Program-made: the position numbers and the translations under genes
Source of the DNA: Clostridia bacterium
Lineage (GTDB): Bacteria; Bacillota; Clostridia; TANB77; CAG-508
Assembly: GCA_045643205.1 (NCBI GenBank)
Contig: JAZUKI010000010.1
Span: forward strand, 32,001-96,000
DNA: 64,000 bases
Reading direction: 5' to 3'
Notes under the pieces: generated by a model
Database searches by the model: none
What the model was told of the DNA's origin: nothing
Seen by the model: only the letters and a program-made list of their open reading frames with translations
Shown here: piece by piece, positions 29,401 to 40,077 of the stretch
How the letters are laid out: each line of letters opens with the position of its first letter
Numbering within the stretch: position 1 is the stretch's first letter

Positions 29401-32136
29401 ATGAAAATAAAACGATTACTAGTTACAACTATAAGCATATTTTTAATTATTCTATTACTTCCAAAAAGTTATGCAGGACAAAGTAATGATGATATTATTA
29501 ATAGTGAAGACGTTGTAGCAAAAGTATATATTAATAATAAACTAGTTGCGAAAGATAGTCTGGTTGATGCTATTTTTGATGCAGAACCAGATTCAACAAT
29601 TTCAGTAGAAAAAGATACAACATTAGATGATAAAATTGTTCTTTTAGGAGATGAAAATAAAGACAAAGTTATTGATTTGAAAGGTCATACAATAACAATT
29701 AAAAAGAATTTAAACATAACTAAAGATAATATGATCTGGGTTCAAGGTGATAATATCGAAGAAAATTATAGTTTAACAATTAAAAATGGAACTATTATTA
29801 GTGATGATGATTACGATGCAATTATTTCTAGTAGAAAAGCAAAATTAATTCTTGAAAATGTAAATATTATAACATCTGCACAATCAGCTATTAATGCAAC
29901 ATGCTCAAGTGTTTATATAAAAAATACAAAAGAAGATGCAGAAAAAAATCCAATTACTATAAAAACAACAAACTCTATTGCATCAGTAATAAAATTAATT
30001 AATGGAGCATATTGTGACATAGGAAGAAATGTAAACATTGAAGGAGTAAAAGGAATTTGGGCACAAGATTCAACATTAATAGTTGATGGAACAGTAAAAA
30101 CAACAACTACTAAAATTAATACTGCCGGAATTTTTGTAGATTCAACTTGCAAGGTTACAGTTAATGGAAAAATTGAAAGTGCTTCAAATGGTTTACAAGT
30201 TAGTGGAGAAATTACAACAAATATTAAAGAATATCCAGACATCACAATTGGTTCAAAAGCAGAGATAACTGGAAACATAGATGGAATAGCACTTCTAGGA
30301 TATAATAAAACAACAATAAATGGTGGAGAAATTATTGGTACAAAGAATGGTATCAATGTTCAAGCTGGTAAATTAAAAATAAACAATGGAAAAGTAACTG
30401 CAGGAAAGAAAATAAACGATTCAGTAACACTAACTAAAAACGGAAATGCTATAAATGTTTCTCAAAACGATCAGTTATTAGCACTTGAAACACAAATTGA
30501 AGATGGAACATTTGAAGGAATTGCAGCAATTAATGAAACAGCAGGAAAAGCAACTCAAGAAACAGATTTAAAAAAAGTTAATATAAAAATTAATGGTGGT
30601 TCTTTCAAAGGAAAAACTACAATAGAAAATAATAAAATTAATTTTTCAATTTTTGGTGGAAGATATAATGGAGATATAACAATTCCAAAAGGTGAAAACT
30701 TCAGAGTAGAAGGTGGAATTTTTAAAGATGAGCGTATTAAATTTCCTAAAGTAGCAACAAAGGATTTTACAAATTTACCTACAGAAAATAAAAATGAAAT
30801 TGAAGTAATTCCTGATTTTACTGCACTTGAAAAGATAGAAGATGTTTTGGATGGAACAAATTATGATTTAAGAAATTTGTATAGTGGCAAAAATCTAACA
30901 GACCAATGCAAAGAAAAGATAATAAAAGTTGCTGAAATTAAATGTGAAAAAGATGGAATTATTGAAATTAAAAATGGTAAAATAAAACCAATTGCTCCTG
31001 GTGAAACTTCAATGAAAGTTGAAGTAGGAGATAAAATAAGTAATGTATCAATAAAAGTTTTAGAACATTCAATAAAAATTGTTTTAAATAAAGAAGTTGA
31101 TGTTGAAGTAGAAAAAATAGTAAAATCTGGAATCTTAGGACAACAAGTAGAAATTAATGCTAAAGAGATTGAAGGATTTACTTTTGATAAATGGAATGTT
31201 CCAGAAGAAAGTGCAAGTAAAATTTCAAATACAAATAAAACAAAAACAACAGCAATATTGGGAAAAGATGAAATGACAATTGTTGAAGCACACTATACAG
31301 AGAATCAACCAGAAATAATTAAAGATAAAACAACTTCTAAAATTATTAAAGGACAAGATACAAAAGTAACAGTTGCTTCAAATGGTGTATTTAGCAGATT
31401 TAGAGGAGTTAAGGTTGATGGCAAAACAGTAAAAGAAAAAGATTATACCGCTGAAAAAGGAAGTACAATTATAACTTTTACAGAAAAATATGTTAAGACA
31501 TTAAAAGCAGGAAATCATACTATTGAAATTTTAACAGGAAATAAAGTAGCCTCAACTATATTGGAAGTAACTAATAAATCAGAAAAGCCAAATAAAAAAG
31601 ATACAGAATCACAAAATAATCCAAAGAAGGATAAACCAAGCAATAACGGAAATGGTACTAATGGAAATAATAGTGAAAACAAAAATAATATAGAAAATGA
31701 TACTGAAGACAGCAGTAAGATTGTTAAACTAAATAAAACTGTTGCAGACTCTTCAATAAATGAAATCAAAATAGAAGAAAGCATGGTTAAAGAAGCATCA
31801 ATATCAGATATACTAATACCTAATATTAATAGTAATTATAACGATAATAGTACTATTACTACTGTTAGTGGAGGCCCTATAGTTGGTTATGCTGATGTAA
31901 CTAAATCTTTATTTAAAAATAATCAAAAAACACCTAAAAACAAAGAAATGGAAGAAAGTTTAGAATCTAATAATACAAACACCATACTTGCTACTGCAAT
32001 CACAGCATTCACTGTCATCTTAGGACTAGCGGTAATAAATGTTACTAATAATAAAAAAACAAAGGATGCAGGCAAATATATAAAAAGGCTATTTAAGAAT
32101 TCAAATGAAAAAGATTTTGAAGAAGAAATTAAATAA
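29401..32136 (+). CDS. Large cell-surface protein (beta-helix-like repeats, Ig-like domains, C-terminal TM anchor)
   Basis: Signal peptide from ATG 29401; repeated I.GG.F/I.GK motifs; EG.TFDKW repeat-like segment; V.VDGK....DY....GST.IT Ig-like domain; C-terminal hydrophobic helix and basic tail. Confidence 0.75.
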   Translation: MKIKRLLVTTISIFLIILLLPKSYAGQSNDDIINSEDVVAKVYINNKLVAKDSLVDAIFDAEPDSTISVEKDTTLDDKIVLLGDENKDKVIDLKGHTITIKKNLNITKDNMIWVQGDNIEENYSLTIKNGTIISDDDYDAIISSRKAKLILENVNIITSAQSAINATCSSVYIKNTKEDAEKNPITIKTTNSIASVIKLINGAYCDIGRNVNIEGVKGIWAQDSTLIVDGTVKTTTTKINTAGIFVDSTCKVTVNGKIESASNGLQVSGEITTNIKEYPDITIGSKAEITGNIDGIALLGYNKTTINGGEIIGTKNGINVQAGKLKINNGKVTAGKKINDSVTLTKNGNAINVSQNDQLLALETQIEDGTFEGIAAINETAGKATQETDLKKVNIKINGGSFKGKTTIENNKINFSIFGGRYNGDITIPKGENFRVEGGIFKDERIKFPKVATKDFTNLPTENKNEIEVIPDFTALEKIEDVLDGTNYDLRNLYSGKNLTDQCKEKIIKVAEIKCEKDGIIEIKNGKIKPIAPGETSMKVEVGDKISNVSIKVLEHSIKIVLNKEVDVEVEKIVKSGILGQQVEINAKEIEGFTFDKWNVPEESASKISNTNKTKTTAILGKDEMTIVEAHYTENQPEIIKDKTTSKIIKGQDTKVTVASNGVFSRFRGVKVDGKTVKEKDYTAEKGSTIITFTEKYVKTLKAGNHTIEILTGNKVASTILEVTNKSEKPNKKDTESQNNPKKDKPSNNGNGTNGNNSENKNNIENDTEDSSKIVKLNKTVADSSINEIKIEESMVKEASISDILIPNINSNYNDNSTITTVSGGPIVGYADVTKSLFKNNQKTPKNKEMEESLESNNTNTILATAITAFTVILGLAVINVTNNKKTKDAGKYIKRLFKNSNEKDFEEEIK

Positions 32137-32158
32137 ATATAAAAAGTAAGGAGATAAA

Positions 32159-32887
32159 ATGGAAGAGAATTCTATTGAATTAAAGAACTTAACTAAAAAG
32201 TTCAAAGAGAATGTCGCTGTAAATGATATTAATTTACAAATAAAAAAAGGTGAATTATTTGGATTATTGGGAACAAATGGCGCAGGAAAAACTACAACAA
32301 TAAAAATGTTATCTGGATTAATATTACCAACTTCAGGTGATATTAAAATTGAAGGCATGGATATGAAAAATGATGCTTATAAAATAAAAGAAATACTTAA
32401 TGTTTCACCACAAGAAACAGCTATTGCTCCTAATTTAACTGTTAAAGAGAATTTAGAATTTATGGCTGGAGTTTATCAAATCAAAAATAAAAAAGTAAAA
32501 ATAGAAGAATTAGTTAAACTATTTGATTTAGATGAAGTGTTAAATAAAAAAGCTAAAAAATTATCTGGAGGATGGCAAAGAAAAGTTTCAATAGCAATAA
32601 GCTTAATTAATGATCCTAAGATTTTATTCTTAGACGAGCCAACATTAGGATTAGATGTTATTGCAAGAAAAGAATTGTGGAAAATTATTAATAGCTTGAA
32701 AAGCAAAATAACGATCATATTAACAACACATTATATGGAAGAGGCAGAGAGCTTAGCAGATAGAATTGGAATAATGGCAAAGGGAAAACTTGTTGATATA
32801 GGAACTTCAGAAGAACTTATTAAAAAGACAAATGCAAAGAACTTTGAAGATGCTTTTGTATCTATTGCAACTGGAGGTGAATTATAA
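32159..32887 (+). CDS. ABC-2 type exporter ATP-binding subunit
   Basis: GTNGAGKTT, LSGG, LDEPT, TTHYMEEA. Confidence 0.93.
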   Translation: MEENSIELKNLTKKFKENVAVNDINLQIKKGELFGLLGTNGAGKTTTIKMLSGLILPTSGDIKIEGMDMKNDAYKIKEILNVSPQETAIAPNLTVKENLEFMAGVYQIKNKKVKIEELVKLFDLDEVLNKKAKKLSGGWQRKVSIAISLINDPKILFLDEPTLGLDVIARKELWKIINSLKSKITIILTTHYMEEAESLADRIGIMAKGKLVDIGTSEELIKKTNAKNFEDAFVSIATGGEL

Positions 32888-33618
32888 TGAGAATATTGAA
32901 TTTTGCAAAAAGAAATTTTAAAGAATTAATTAGAGATCCACTAAGTTTAATATTTGAAATAGCATTACCATTATTTTTACTATATATATTTCAACAATTT
33001 AATATACCTAGTGATAGTTTTAAATTAGAGAATTTTACACCAGCTATTGTATTATTTGGTTTTTCGTTTATTACATTATTTAGTGCAACTTTAGTAGCCA
33101 CAGATAGAACATCTTCATTATTAATTAGACTTGGAACTTCACCAATGAAGCCAAGAGACTATATTATAGGATATATTTTATCTATAGTACCAATAGTATT
33201 AATTCAAAATGCATTATTTTTTACAGTAGCTATTTTATTAGGACTAGAATTTAGTATAAATATTATTATAACAATATTAGTATCTATTGTTATATCTATA
33301 TTTTTTATTTCTTTAGGTATATTAATAGGTAGTTTAGTTAGTGAAAAAGCTACTGGAGGAATAGGAAGCGTTATAGTTCAATTTGTATGCTTTACAAGTG
33401 GAATGTACTTTCCACAAGAACTAGTTGGTAATGTTTTTGCAACGATTTGCAAAGCTTTACCATTTGAAGGATTCTTAAATATTATAAAAGGAACATTACA
33501 TAATGATTTTAGCAGTTTAGATAGTGTACATATAATAGTATGCTCAATTTATTTCATAGTAGTTATACTATTATCAATTTTTGCCTTTAAAAAGAAAATG
33601 GTTAGCGATAATAAGTAA
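32887..33618 (+). CDS. ABC-2 type permease
   Basis: About 6 TM, RDPLSL, FTSGMYFP; coupled to the ATPase by a TAATG overlap. Confidence 0.9.
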   Translation: MRILNFAKRNFKELIRDPLSLIFEIALPLFLLYIFQQFNIPSDSFKLENFTPAIVLFGFSFITLFSATLVATDRTSSLLIRLGTSPMKPRDYIIGYILSIVPIVLIQNALFFTVAILLGLEFSINIIITILVSIVISIFFISLGILIGSLVSEKATGGIGSVIVQFVCFTSGMYFPQELVGNVFATICKALPFEGFLNIIKGTLHNDFSSLDSVHIIVCSIYFIVVILLSIFAFKKKMVSDNK

Positions 33619-33640
33619 AATTAACCAATAAATTCGTAAA

Positions 33641-33718
33641 ATGCAACCAAAATTTGCATAGAAATTTTAAGTTGCAACTTAAAATTGGTAGTGAAAAAAG
33701 AGATGCAACTTTAAAATT
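33641..33718. promoter_or_regulatory. Putative operator array upstream of the XRE regulator
   Basis: Three TGCAAC half-sites including the perfect 24-bp palindrome aattttaagttg-caacttaaaatt (33663-33686). Confidence 0.55.
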
Positions 33719-33739
33719 AAAGGCAGGAGGTGTATAAAA

Positions 33740-34642
33740 ATGAGTTTATCAGAAAACTTACAAAATTTAAGAAAAATTAAAAATATGTCACAAGAGGAGC
33801 TAGCCGAAAAGTTAGAAGTATCAAGGCAGGCAGTTTCAAAGTGGGAAAGTGGAAATGGCTATCCGGAAACAGAAAAGATTATTACTATATGCGAAATATT
33901 TAATTGTAGTATGGATGATTTAATAAAAGGAAAAATTTCAAGTGATATTAAATCAGAAAGAAATGAATATGATTTAGTAATGACTAAATCAGCAAAAGGA
34001 AGTTCACTAGGTGTTGGACTAATTTTACTTGGTGTATCTATAATGTTAACTATATTGGGATTTGCTTGCGATGAACAAACAAAAGAACAACTTGGTTTAA
34101 TTGGAGTTATTGCAATATTAATAGGAGTAGTAGCTGCTTTACCATTATTTATAATAACTGGTGCAAAAGTAGAAAACTTTAAAAAGAAAAATCCTAAGAT
34201 AGCAAATGTATATTCAGAAGAAGAAATTGAAAAAGGAAATGCAAAATATACAGTATATATTGCAGCAGGAATTTCACTAATACTTATAGGTGTTGTAGTA
34301 ATGATGTTATTACTAGGATTAAAAGTGTTTGGAGAAGAAAGTACTTTACCAGTTGCTGTTTTAATGTATTTTATTACAATTGGAGTTCTAGTTCTTATAT
34401 ATTCAGGTGTTATGAAAGATAAATTTGATATAGAGAAATATAATAGAGAAAATACTGCAGAATATAAAAGAGAAGAAAACAAAATTGGAAAAATATGTGG
34501 CGTTATAATGATGGTTGTTACAATAATATTCTTATTATGGGGATTCCTTCTTGATATGTGGTACATAAATTGGGTAGTATATCCAGTTGGAGGAATTATT
34601 TGTGGAATTGTTGCAACTATAATTCAAAAAGAAAAACAATAG
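33740..34642 (+). CDS. XRE-family HTH regulator fused to a multi-TM domain
   Basis: LR....MSQEELAEKLEVSRQAVSKWESG followed by about 6 TM. Confidence 0.9.
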   Translation: MSLSENLQNLRKIKNMSQEELAEKLEVSRQAVSKWESGNGYPETEKIITICEIFNCSMDDLIKGKISSDIKSERNEYDLVMTKSAKGSSLGVGLILLGVSIMLTILGFACDEQTKEQLGLIGVIAILIGVVAALPLFIITGAKVENFKKKNPKIANVYSEEEIEKGNAKYTVYIAAGISLILIGVVVMMLLLGLKVFGEESTLPVAVLMYFITIGVLVLIYSGVMKDKFDIEKYNRENTAEYKREENKIGKICGVIMMVVTIIFLLWGFLLDMWYINWVVYPVGGIICGIVATIIQKEKQ

Positions 34643-34680
34643 TTTAAAATAAAATAACGTATAGCCAAGAATTAAAATTA

Positions 34681-34735
34681 AAAGGAAGAGATTAAATACT
34701 GTGAAACTAATTTAGTTCACAAAATCTCTTCCTTT
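34681..34735. terminator. Bidirectional terminator with an internal palindromic insert
   Basis: Stem aaaggaagagatt/aatctcttccttt; loop contains tgtgaaactaa-t-ttagttcaca. Confidence 0.75.
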
Positions 34736-34759
34736 AATTTTTGGTTTTATGCAAAATTT

Positions 34760-37225
34760 TTAAACAAATTTATCAAAATTTCCTTTTGTAAATTCTATAC
34801 CAGAAAATACATTATCAGATTTTACATGTCTTATAATGTCATTAATTTGATCAATTGTTTCATCAATTATTGAAACACGCGCAACATTCGGTTTTACAAA
34901 AGAATGCGAAACAGAAGTTATTTTACTATTATAGATAGTTGTAATTGTTTGTAAATTATCAGGAATAATTCTAAAATGAAAACCTAATCTATCTTTAATA
35001 AAATATTTATTACCATTGCGACATTTCATATCACATTCAGGATAACATTTATTTGATTTTCCTAATAAACAATAACCTGAATTCATTAAAGGCAATCTTC
35101 CATAAACCATTAATTCAGTAGGAAGAGAAGATTGCTCTGATAAATTTTGCAATGTTTGTTCATCTAGCTCAGGAGATAGAGTAATTCTAGATACTCCGAT
35201 ATTTTTTAAATTATTAATTGTATGATTGTTAAAAATATTCAAATTATAATTGGCAATTATTTCCAACTGATTTTGATAATCTTTAAAATAATCAATACAA
35301 CCTAAATTAGTTATAAGCAATCCTTTAACTTTAAATTTTTTTAAAACTTCAGGTAAATCTAAGAATAAAATATTTCTATAATTATCTTTAAGAATTACAG
35401 GCATTGCAGCAACGAGTTTAGCTTTAGATGATAATTGCTTTATTGAATTTTCATAGCGAGGATCTTTCATATAATAGAATGGAACATAAGCATAATCAAA
35501 ATCCTCAAGCATAGTATAATCGAATGCTGTATTTAGTTGATGAAACATAATTGAAGTTTTAGTTTCTTGCACATTATTTTTTTGTGATAAACTTAATTCA
35601 GCTTGTGGTGGTAAAGTTCGTTCAAATCTTTTTATTGCTTGTTCTTCAATATCTTTTATACATTGTCTTCTAAGTTCATTTAATGCAGCTAGTTTTGGTA
35701 AATGTACATTTTCATCCAACACTACTTTAATAAATTTAAATTCAAATTGTGTATCTTTTGTTTTTGATAATTGTTCTCTAACTCTATCAATAGTTAAAGG
35801 TTTATTAAGTGCTTCATCTGGAATAATATCATCCAAAGTTTTTAAAGATGAAATAGAGAAGAAAGTACCATAATTATCTTTTGTTGTAACTTCAAATGAA
35901 ATAGGTTGTCCAATTTTTATTTTTGCTTCACCATATAAAGAAATCTTTTTGTTTTCTAATTTTAATGAATTTTCAATTTCTTCAGATAGAGAAGCATCGG
36001 TTATTTTATAAACTTCATCACCAGGTTTAATATTTCCTTTTAATCTTCCAATAGTAACAATTGAGCCAGCTTCAGCAACCCTAACATTTTCTTTGTTAAT
36101 CATCAATTCGGAAATTGTATATTTTGTGGAATCTTCTTTTTCTGTTGAAACTTTATCTCCAATTGAAATATGTTCTTTTAATTTTAATGTTACCAAACCT
36201 TTTTTAGCGTTAACAGAAGAAATGATACCTAATTTTAAACCTTGATTATTAGGTTTATTTTTATAAATATAATTTCTATTAGGATCATTATTAAAATTTC
36301 CATCTGAAAAATTCCCACGATTGAATACTTGCATTAGTGCTTTAACATCTTCTTTATCAACAACATATTCTTTATCAGATAAAGCTAAATCAATATATTT
36401 TCTATATATTCTAGTAACAGTAGCAACATATTCGGGTGGCTTCATACGACCTTCAATTTTAAAACATTTTACGCCAGCTTTTATTAGTTGGGGAATATAA
36501 TATAGTCCACACAAATCTCTAGGACTAAGAATATAACCACTATCTAACGATTTAAAATTTCCACTATCATAAAAGTTACTATCATTAAGTGCATTATTAT
36601 TAAATGTTGAATTTTTATATTCTAATAATTCATATGGTAGTCTACAAGGTTGAGCACATTTTCCACGATTACCAGAACGAGCACCAACTGAGCTAGAAAA
36701 TAAACATTGTCCTGAGTATGAAATACAAAGAGCACCATGGATAAAAGTTTCAACTTCTAATTTTGTATGTGAACAGATATATTCGATTTCTCGCATCGAT
36801 AATTCACGAGAAAGTACAACTCTTTTAAAACCAAGGCTTTCAAGCTCAGCAACACCTTGTAAATTGTGAACTGTCATTTGAGTAGAAGCATGAACATCCA
36901 TACCAGGTAAATTGTTAATTATATATTTTGCAAGACCTAAATCTTGTACAATTACAGCATCACATCCAAGTTGATAAATATAATTTGCTAATTCTATGGC
37001 TGCCTCGAATTCATCATTTTTTAGCAAAGTATTTAATGTAAAATTAATTCTTACATTTCTTAATTTTGCATATCTAATAGCTTCTTTTAATTCTTCTTTA
37101 TTGAAGTTGTGAGCAGAAGCTCTAGCATTAAAATTGCCACCACCGAAATATACGGCGTCAGCACCATTTTGAACAGCAGCTTTTAAACATTCAAAGTCTC
37201 CAACAGGAGATAGAAGTTCTACCAA
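34760..37225 (-). CDS. U32 peptidase-family protein with DUF3656 (RlhA-like RNA hydroxylase)
   Basis: ELLSP.G, GADAVY, HASTQ, HGALC.SYSGQC, NRGKCAQPCR, KIEGRMK; TTG start after GGAGG. Confidence 0.9.
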   Translation of the reverse strand: MVELLSPVGDFECLKAAVQNGADAVYFGGGNFNARASAHNFNKEELKEAIRYAKLRNVRINFTLNTLLKNDEFEAAIELANYIYQLGCDAVIVQDLGLAKYIINNLPGMDVHASTQMTVHNLQGVAELESLGFKRVVLSRELSMREIEYICSHTKLEVETFIHGALCISYSGQCLFSSSVGARSGNRGKCAQPCRLPYELLEYKNSTFNNNALNDSNFYDSGNFKSLDSGYILSPRDLCGLYYIPQLIKAGVKCFKIEGRMKPPEYVATVTRIYRKYIDLALSDKEYVVDKEDVKALMQVFNRGNFSDGNFNNDPNRNYIYKNKPNNQGLKLGIISSVNAKKGLVTLKLKEHISIGDKVSTEKEDSTKYTISELMINKENVRVAEAGSIVTIGRLKGNIKPGDEVYKITDASLSEEIENSLKLENKKISLYGEAKIKIGQPISFEVTTKDNYGTFFSISSLKTLDDIIPDEALNKPLTIDRVREQLSKTKDTQFEFKFIKVVLDENVHLPKLAALNELRRQCIKDIEEQAIKRFERTLPPQAELSLSQKNNVQETKTSIMFHQLNTAFDYTMLEDFDYAYVPFYYMKDPRYENSIKQLSSKAKLVAAMPVILKDNYRNILFLDLPEVLKKFKVKGLLITNLGCIDYFKDYQNQLEIIANYNLNIFNNHTINNLKNIGVSRITLSPELDEQTLQNLSEQSSLPTELMVYGRLPLMNSGYCLLGKSNKCYPECDMKCRNGNKYFIKDRLGFHFRIIPDNLQTITTIYNSKITSVSHSFVKPNVARVSIIDETIDQINDIIRHVKSDNVFSGIEFTKGNFDKFV

Positions 37226-37430
37226 TTTAACCTCCTAAAAACAAATTCTGAAATTCATTTTATCTCTAAAAATTATACAGAAAAAAACAAGTAAAATCAA
37301 TTTAAATAATATTTACTTTTTGTTATTAAGTAACCAAAATTTAATATGATTTTGATTGACTTTAATAACTAGTTATAAGATAATTAATTAGTATACAAAT
37401 GATTTTTTTAATTACTAAGGAGGAGTATAA

Positions 37431-40001
37431 ATGCCTTATGTTTTCAATAAAATAACTGTAAGGCCACAGTTACCAAAGAGAATAAATAAATTAAGTGAAA
37501 TATCATATAATTTATGGTGGTCTTGGAATACTGATTTTCTAAGATTATTTAAAGAAATTGATGTTGATTTATGGGAAAAATGTCAAAAAAATCCTGTTAA
37601 ATTTTTAAGACTTGTTTCTCAAGATAAGTTAGAAGCTGTTATAAATGACGAAGAATTTTTAAAGAGTTATGATACCGTAGTAGAAGAATTTGAAAATTAT
37701 ATGAATAGTAAGAATACTTGGTATTCAAAAAATCACGCTGATCATAAAGATGATTCAATTGCGTATTTTTCTGCTGAGTATGGATTAGATCAAACTGTAG
37801 GAATTTATGCAGGTGGATTAGGAATATTATCTGGAGATCATTTAAAAGCAGCAAGTGATTTAGGTATACCATTAACAGGTATTGGACTACTTTATAAAAA
37901 TGGATACTTTACACAAGAAATAAATGGCTTTGGAGAACAACAAACTGTTTATAAAGATTTAGATTTTGACTTTTTGCCAATTCATGAAGTTAAAGATGAA
38001 GAAGGAAAACCATTGATGGTTTCTGTAAATATGCCAGATCGTGAAGTATTCTTAAAAGTATATAGAATAGATGTTGGTAGAATTAAATTATATTTGATGG
38101 ATTCCGATATCGAAGAGAATGCAGATTCTGCATATAGAGAAATTACAACAAAACTATATGGTGGAGATCAAGAATATAGAATTCAACAAGAAATTGTATT
38201 AGGCATTGGTGGAGTTAGATTAGTTAAAAAACTTGGATTAGATCCTAGTGTTTATCACATGAATGAAGGACATTCATCTTTCTTAACTTTTGAATTAATA
38301 TCTAACTTAATGAAAGAAAAAGAAATTTCATTTGCAATGGCTAGAACAATGATTTATTCAAAAACAGTATTTACAACTCATACACCAGTTCCAGCAGGAA
38401 ACGATATTTTCCCAGTTGAATTAATTGAAAAATATTTTGATGGATTATGGGAAAAATTCGGTATTCCAAAGGAAAGATTCTTAAGATTAGGAATGAAAGT
38501 TAACGATTCAATGGCTAATGGATTCAATATGGGAATTCTTGCTTTGAAGGTTGCTGGTAAGAAAAATGGAGTTAGTAAGCTTCACGGAGCCGTATCTAGA
38601 GAGCTATTTACAGATATTTGGCCAGATGTACCACCTCAAGAATCACCTATTGGATATGTAACAAATGGAGTACATACATGCACATGGCTTGCACCAACGA
38701 TGAAAAAGTTGTATAATCAATACCTACGTCCATATTGGCAGGACAATATTCCTGATGATGAAACATGGAAAGGAATTTATAACATTCCTGATAGTGAATT
38801 ATGGGGAAAACATCAAGAGTGCAAACAAAAATTAATTGATATGATTAAGAAATCAACAACAGAGAGATTAAGAAGATATAATTATTCTTATGAAGATATT
38901 GATTCAATAGTAGGAACACTTGATCCAAATGTTTTAACAATTGGATTTGCAAGAAGATTTGCAACATATAAGAGAGCTACATTAATTTTTAGAGATCTTG
39001 AAAGAATAACAAAAATCTTTAATGATGCAGGAATGCCAATACAACTTGTTTTTGCAGGTAAGGCTCATCCTTATGATAAAGAGGGCGCAGGATTAATCAA
39101 ATACATCCATGAATTATCTTTAAAACCACAATTTAGAGGAAAATTATTCTTATTAGAAAACTATAACATTGGTACAAGTAGATATTTAGTATCTGGTGTT
39201 GATGTTTGGTTAAATAACCCACGTAGACCATTAGAAGCTTCAGGAACATCTGGACAAAAAGCTGCAGTAAACGGAGCTATTAATTTCAGTGTTCTAGACG
39301 GATGGTGGGCTGAAGGTTATAATCAAAAGAATGGTTGGACAATTGGAACTAATGAAGAATTTACTTCTTATGAAGTTCAAGATAATGTTGATTCTAAAAG
39401 CATGTATGATACATTGGAAGAAAAAATTATGCCAATGTATTATAGAAAAAATGATGAAGGATATTCACCAGAATGGTTACAAGTTATGAAGAACTCTATA
39501 GCTTCTAACTCTGGAGTTTATTCTACAGCAAGAATGCTTCAAGATTATACAAATCAATTCTATGTTCCATTGATGGAATTAAAACCAACATATTCTGTTT
39601 TAGAAAACATTGTTAAATATAATGACTGGAGATTTAATATTCATGAGCACTTTGATGAAATTGAAATCAAACAAAGTGAAGAAAATTTCAACAATGAAGT
39701 AGTTGATGCTGGAAATCAAATGGAAGTTGGATGTGAAATTAAGATCCCAGTTACTATAGATGTTAATAGTGTTTTACCACAGGTATTCTATGGAAAGATT
39801 TCTGATAAAGGAATTGTAGATGACATTAAGATAGTTGATATGTCTTTAGTAGGACAAGAAGAGAATGTTTATAAATACAAAGCAAAGATTGATTTAAAAA
39901 CAGGTGGTGATTATGGATACACATTTAGAGTTGTACCACATAATGACATGATTCTAGATCCTATGACATTAAACGAAATCAAATGGATTACAGAAGATTA
40001 A
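37431..40001 (+). CDS. glgP: Alpha-glucan (glycogen) phosphorylase
   Basis: YFSAEYG, GGLGILSGDH, NEGH, TNGVH, FARRFATYKR, EASGTSGQK (PLP Lys). Confidence 0.96.
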   Translation: MPYVFNKITVRPQLPKRINKLSEISYNLWWSWNTDFLRLFKEIDVDLWEKCQKNPVKFLRLVSQDKLEAVINDEEFLKSYDTVVEEFENYMNSKNTWYSKNHADHKDDSIAYFSAEYGLDQTVGIYAGGLGILSGDHLKAASDLGIPLTGIGLLYKNGYFTQEINGFGEQQTVYKDLDFDFLPIHEVKDEEGKPLMVSVNMPDREVFLKVYRIDVGRIKLYLMDSDIEENADSAYREITTKLYGGDQEYRIQQEIVLGIGGVRLVKKLGLDPSVYHMNEGHSSFLTFELISNLMKEKEISFAMARTMIYSKTVFTTHTPVPAGNDIFPVELIEKYFDGLWEKFGIPKERFLRLGMKVNDSMANGFNMGILALKVAGKKNGVSKLHGAVSRELFTDIWPDVPPQESPIGYVTNGVHTCTWLAPTMKKLYNQYLRPYWQDNIPDDETWKGIYNIPDSELWGKHQECKQKLIDMIKKSTTERLRRYNYSYEDIDSIVGTLDPNVLTIGFARRFATYKRATLIFRDLERITKIFNDAGMPIQLVFAGKAHPYDKEGAGLIKYIHELSLKPQFRGKLFLLENYNIGTSRYLVSGVDVWLNNPRRPLEASGTSGQKAAVNGAINFSVLDGWWAEGYNQKNGWTIGTNEEFTSYEVQDNVDSKSMYDTLEEKIMPMYYRKNDEGYSPEWLQVMKNSIASNSGVYSTARMLQDYTNQFYVPLMELKPTYSVLENIVKYNDWRFNIHEHFDEIEIKQSEENFNNEVVDAGNQMEVGCEIKIPVTIDVNSVLPQVFYGKISDKGIVDDIKIVDMSLVGQEENVYKYKAKIDLKTGGDYGYTFRVVPHNDMILDPMTLNEIKWITED

Positions 40002-40077
40002 AAAATAAGTACAAAAGATGGAAATTGCAAAAAAAGGCAAAATATTTTAAAACTAGAAAGAAGGAAAAAATTACTTT

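Noticed and set aside
31900-32136. LPXTG sorting signal in the large surface protein
   Set aside because: No LPxTG-like motif directly before the C-terminal hydrophobic helix; treated as TM-anchored
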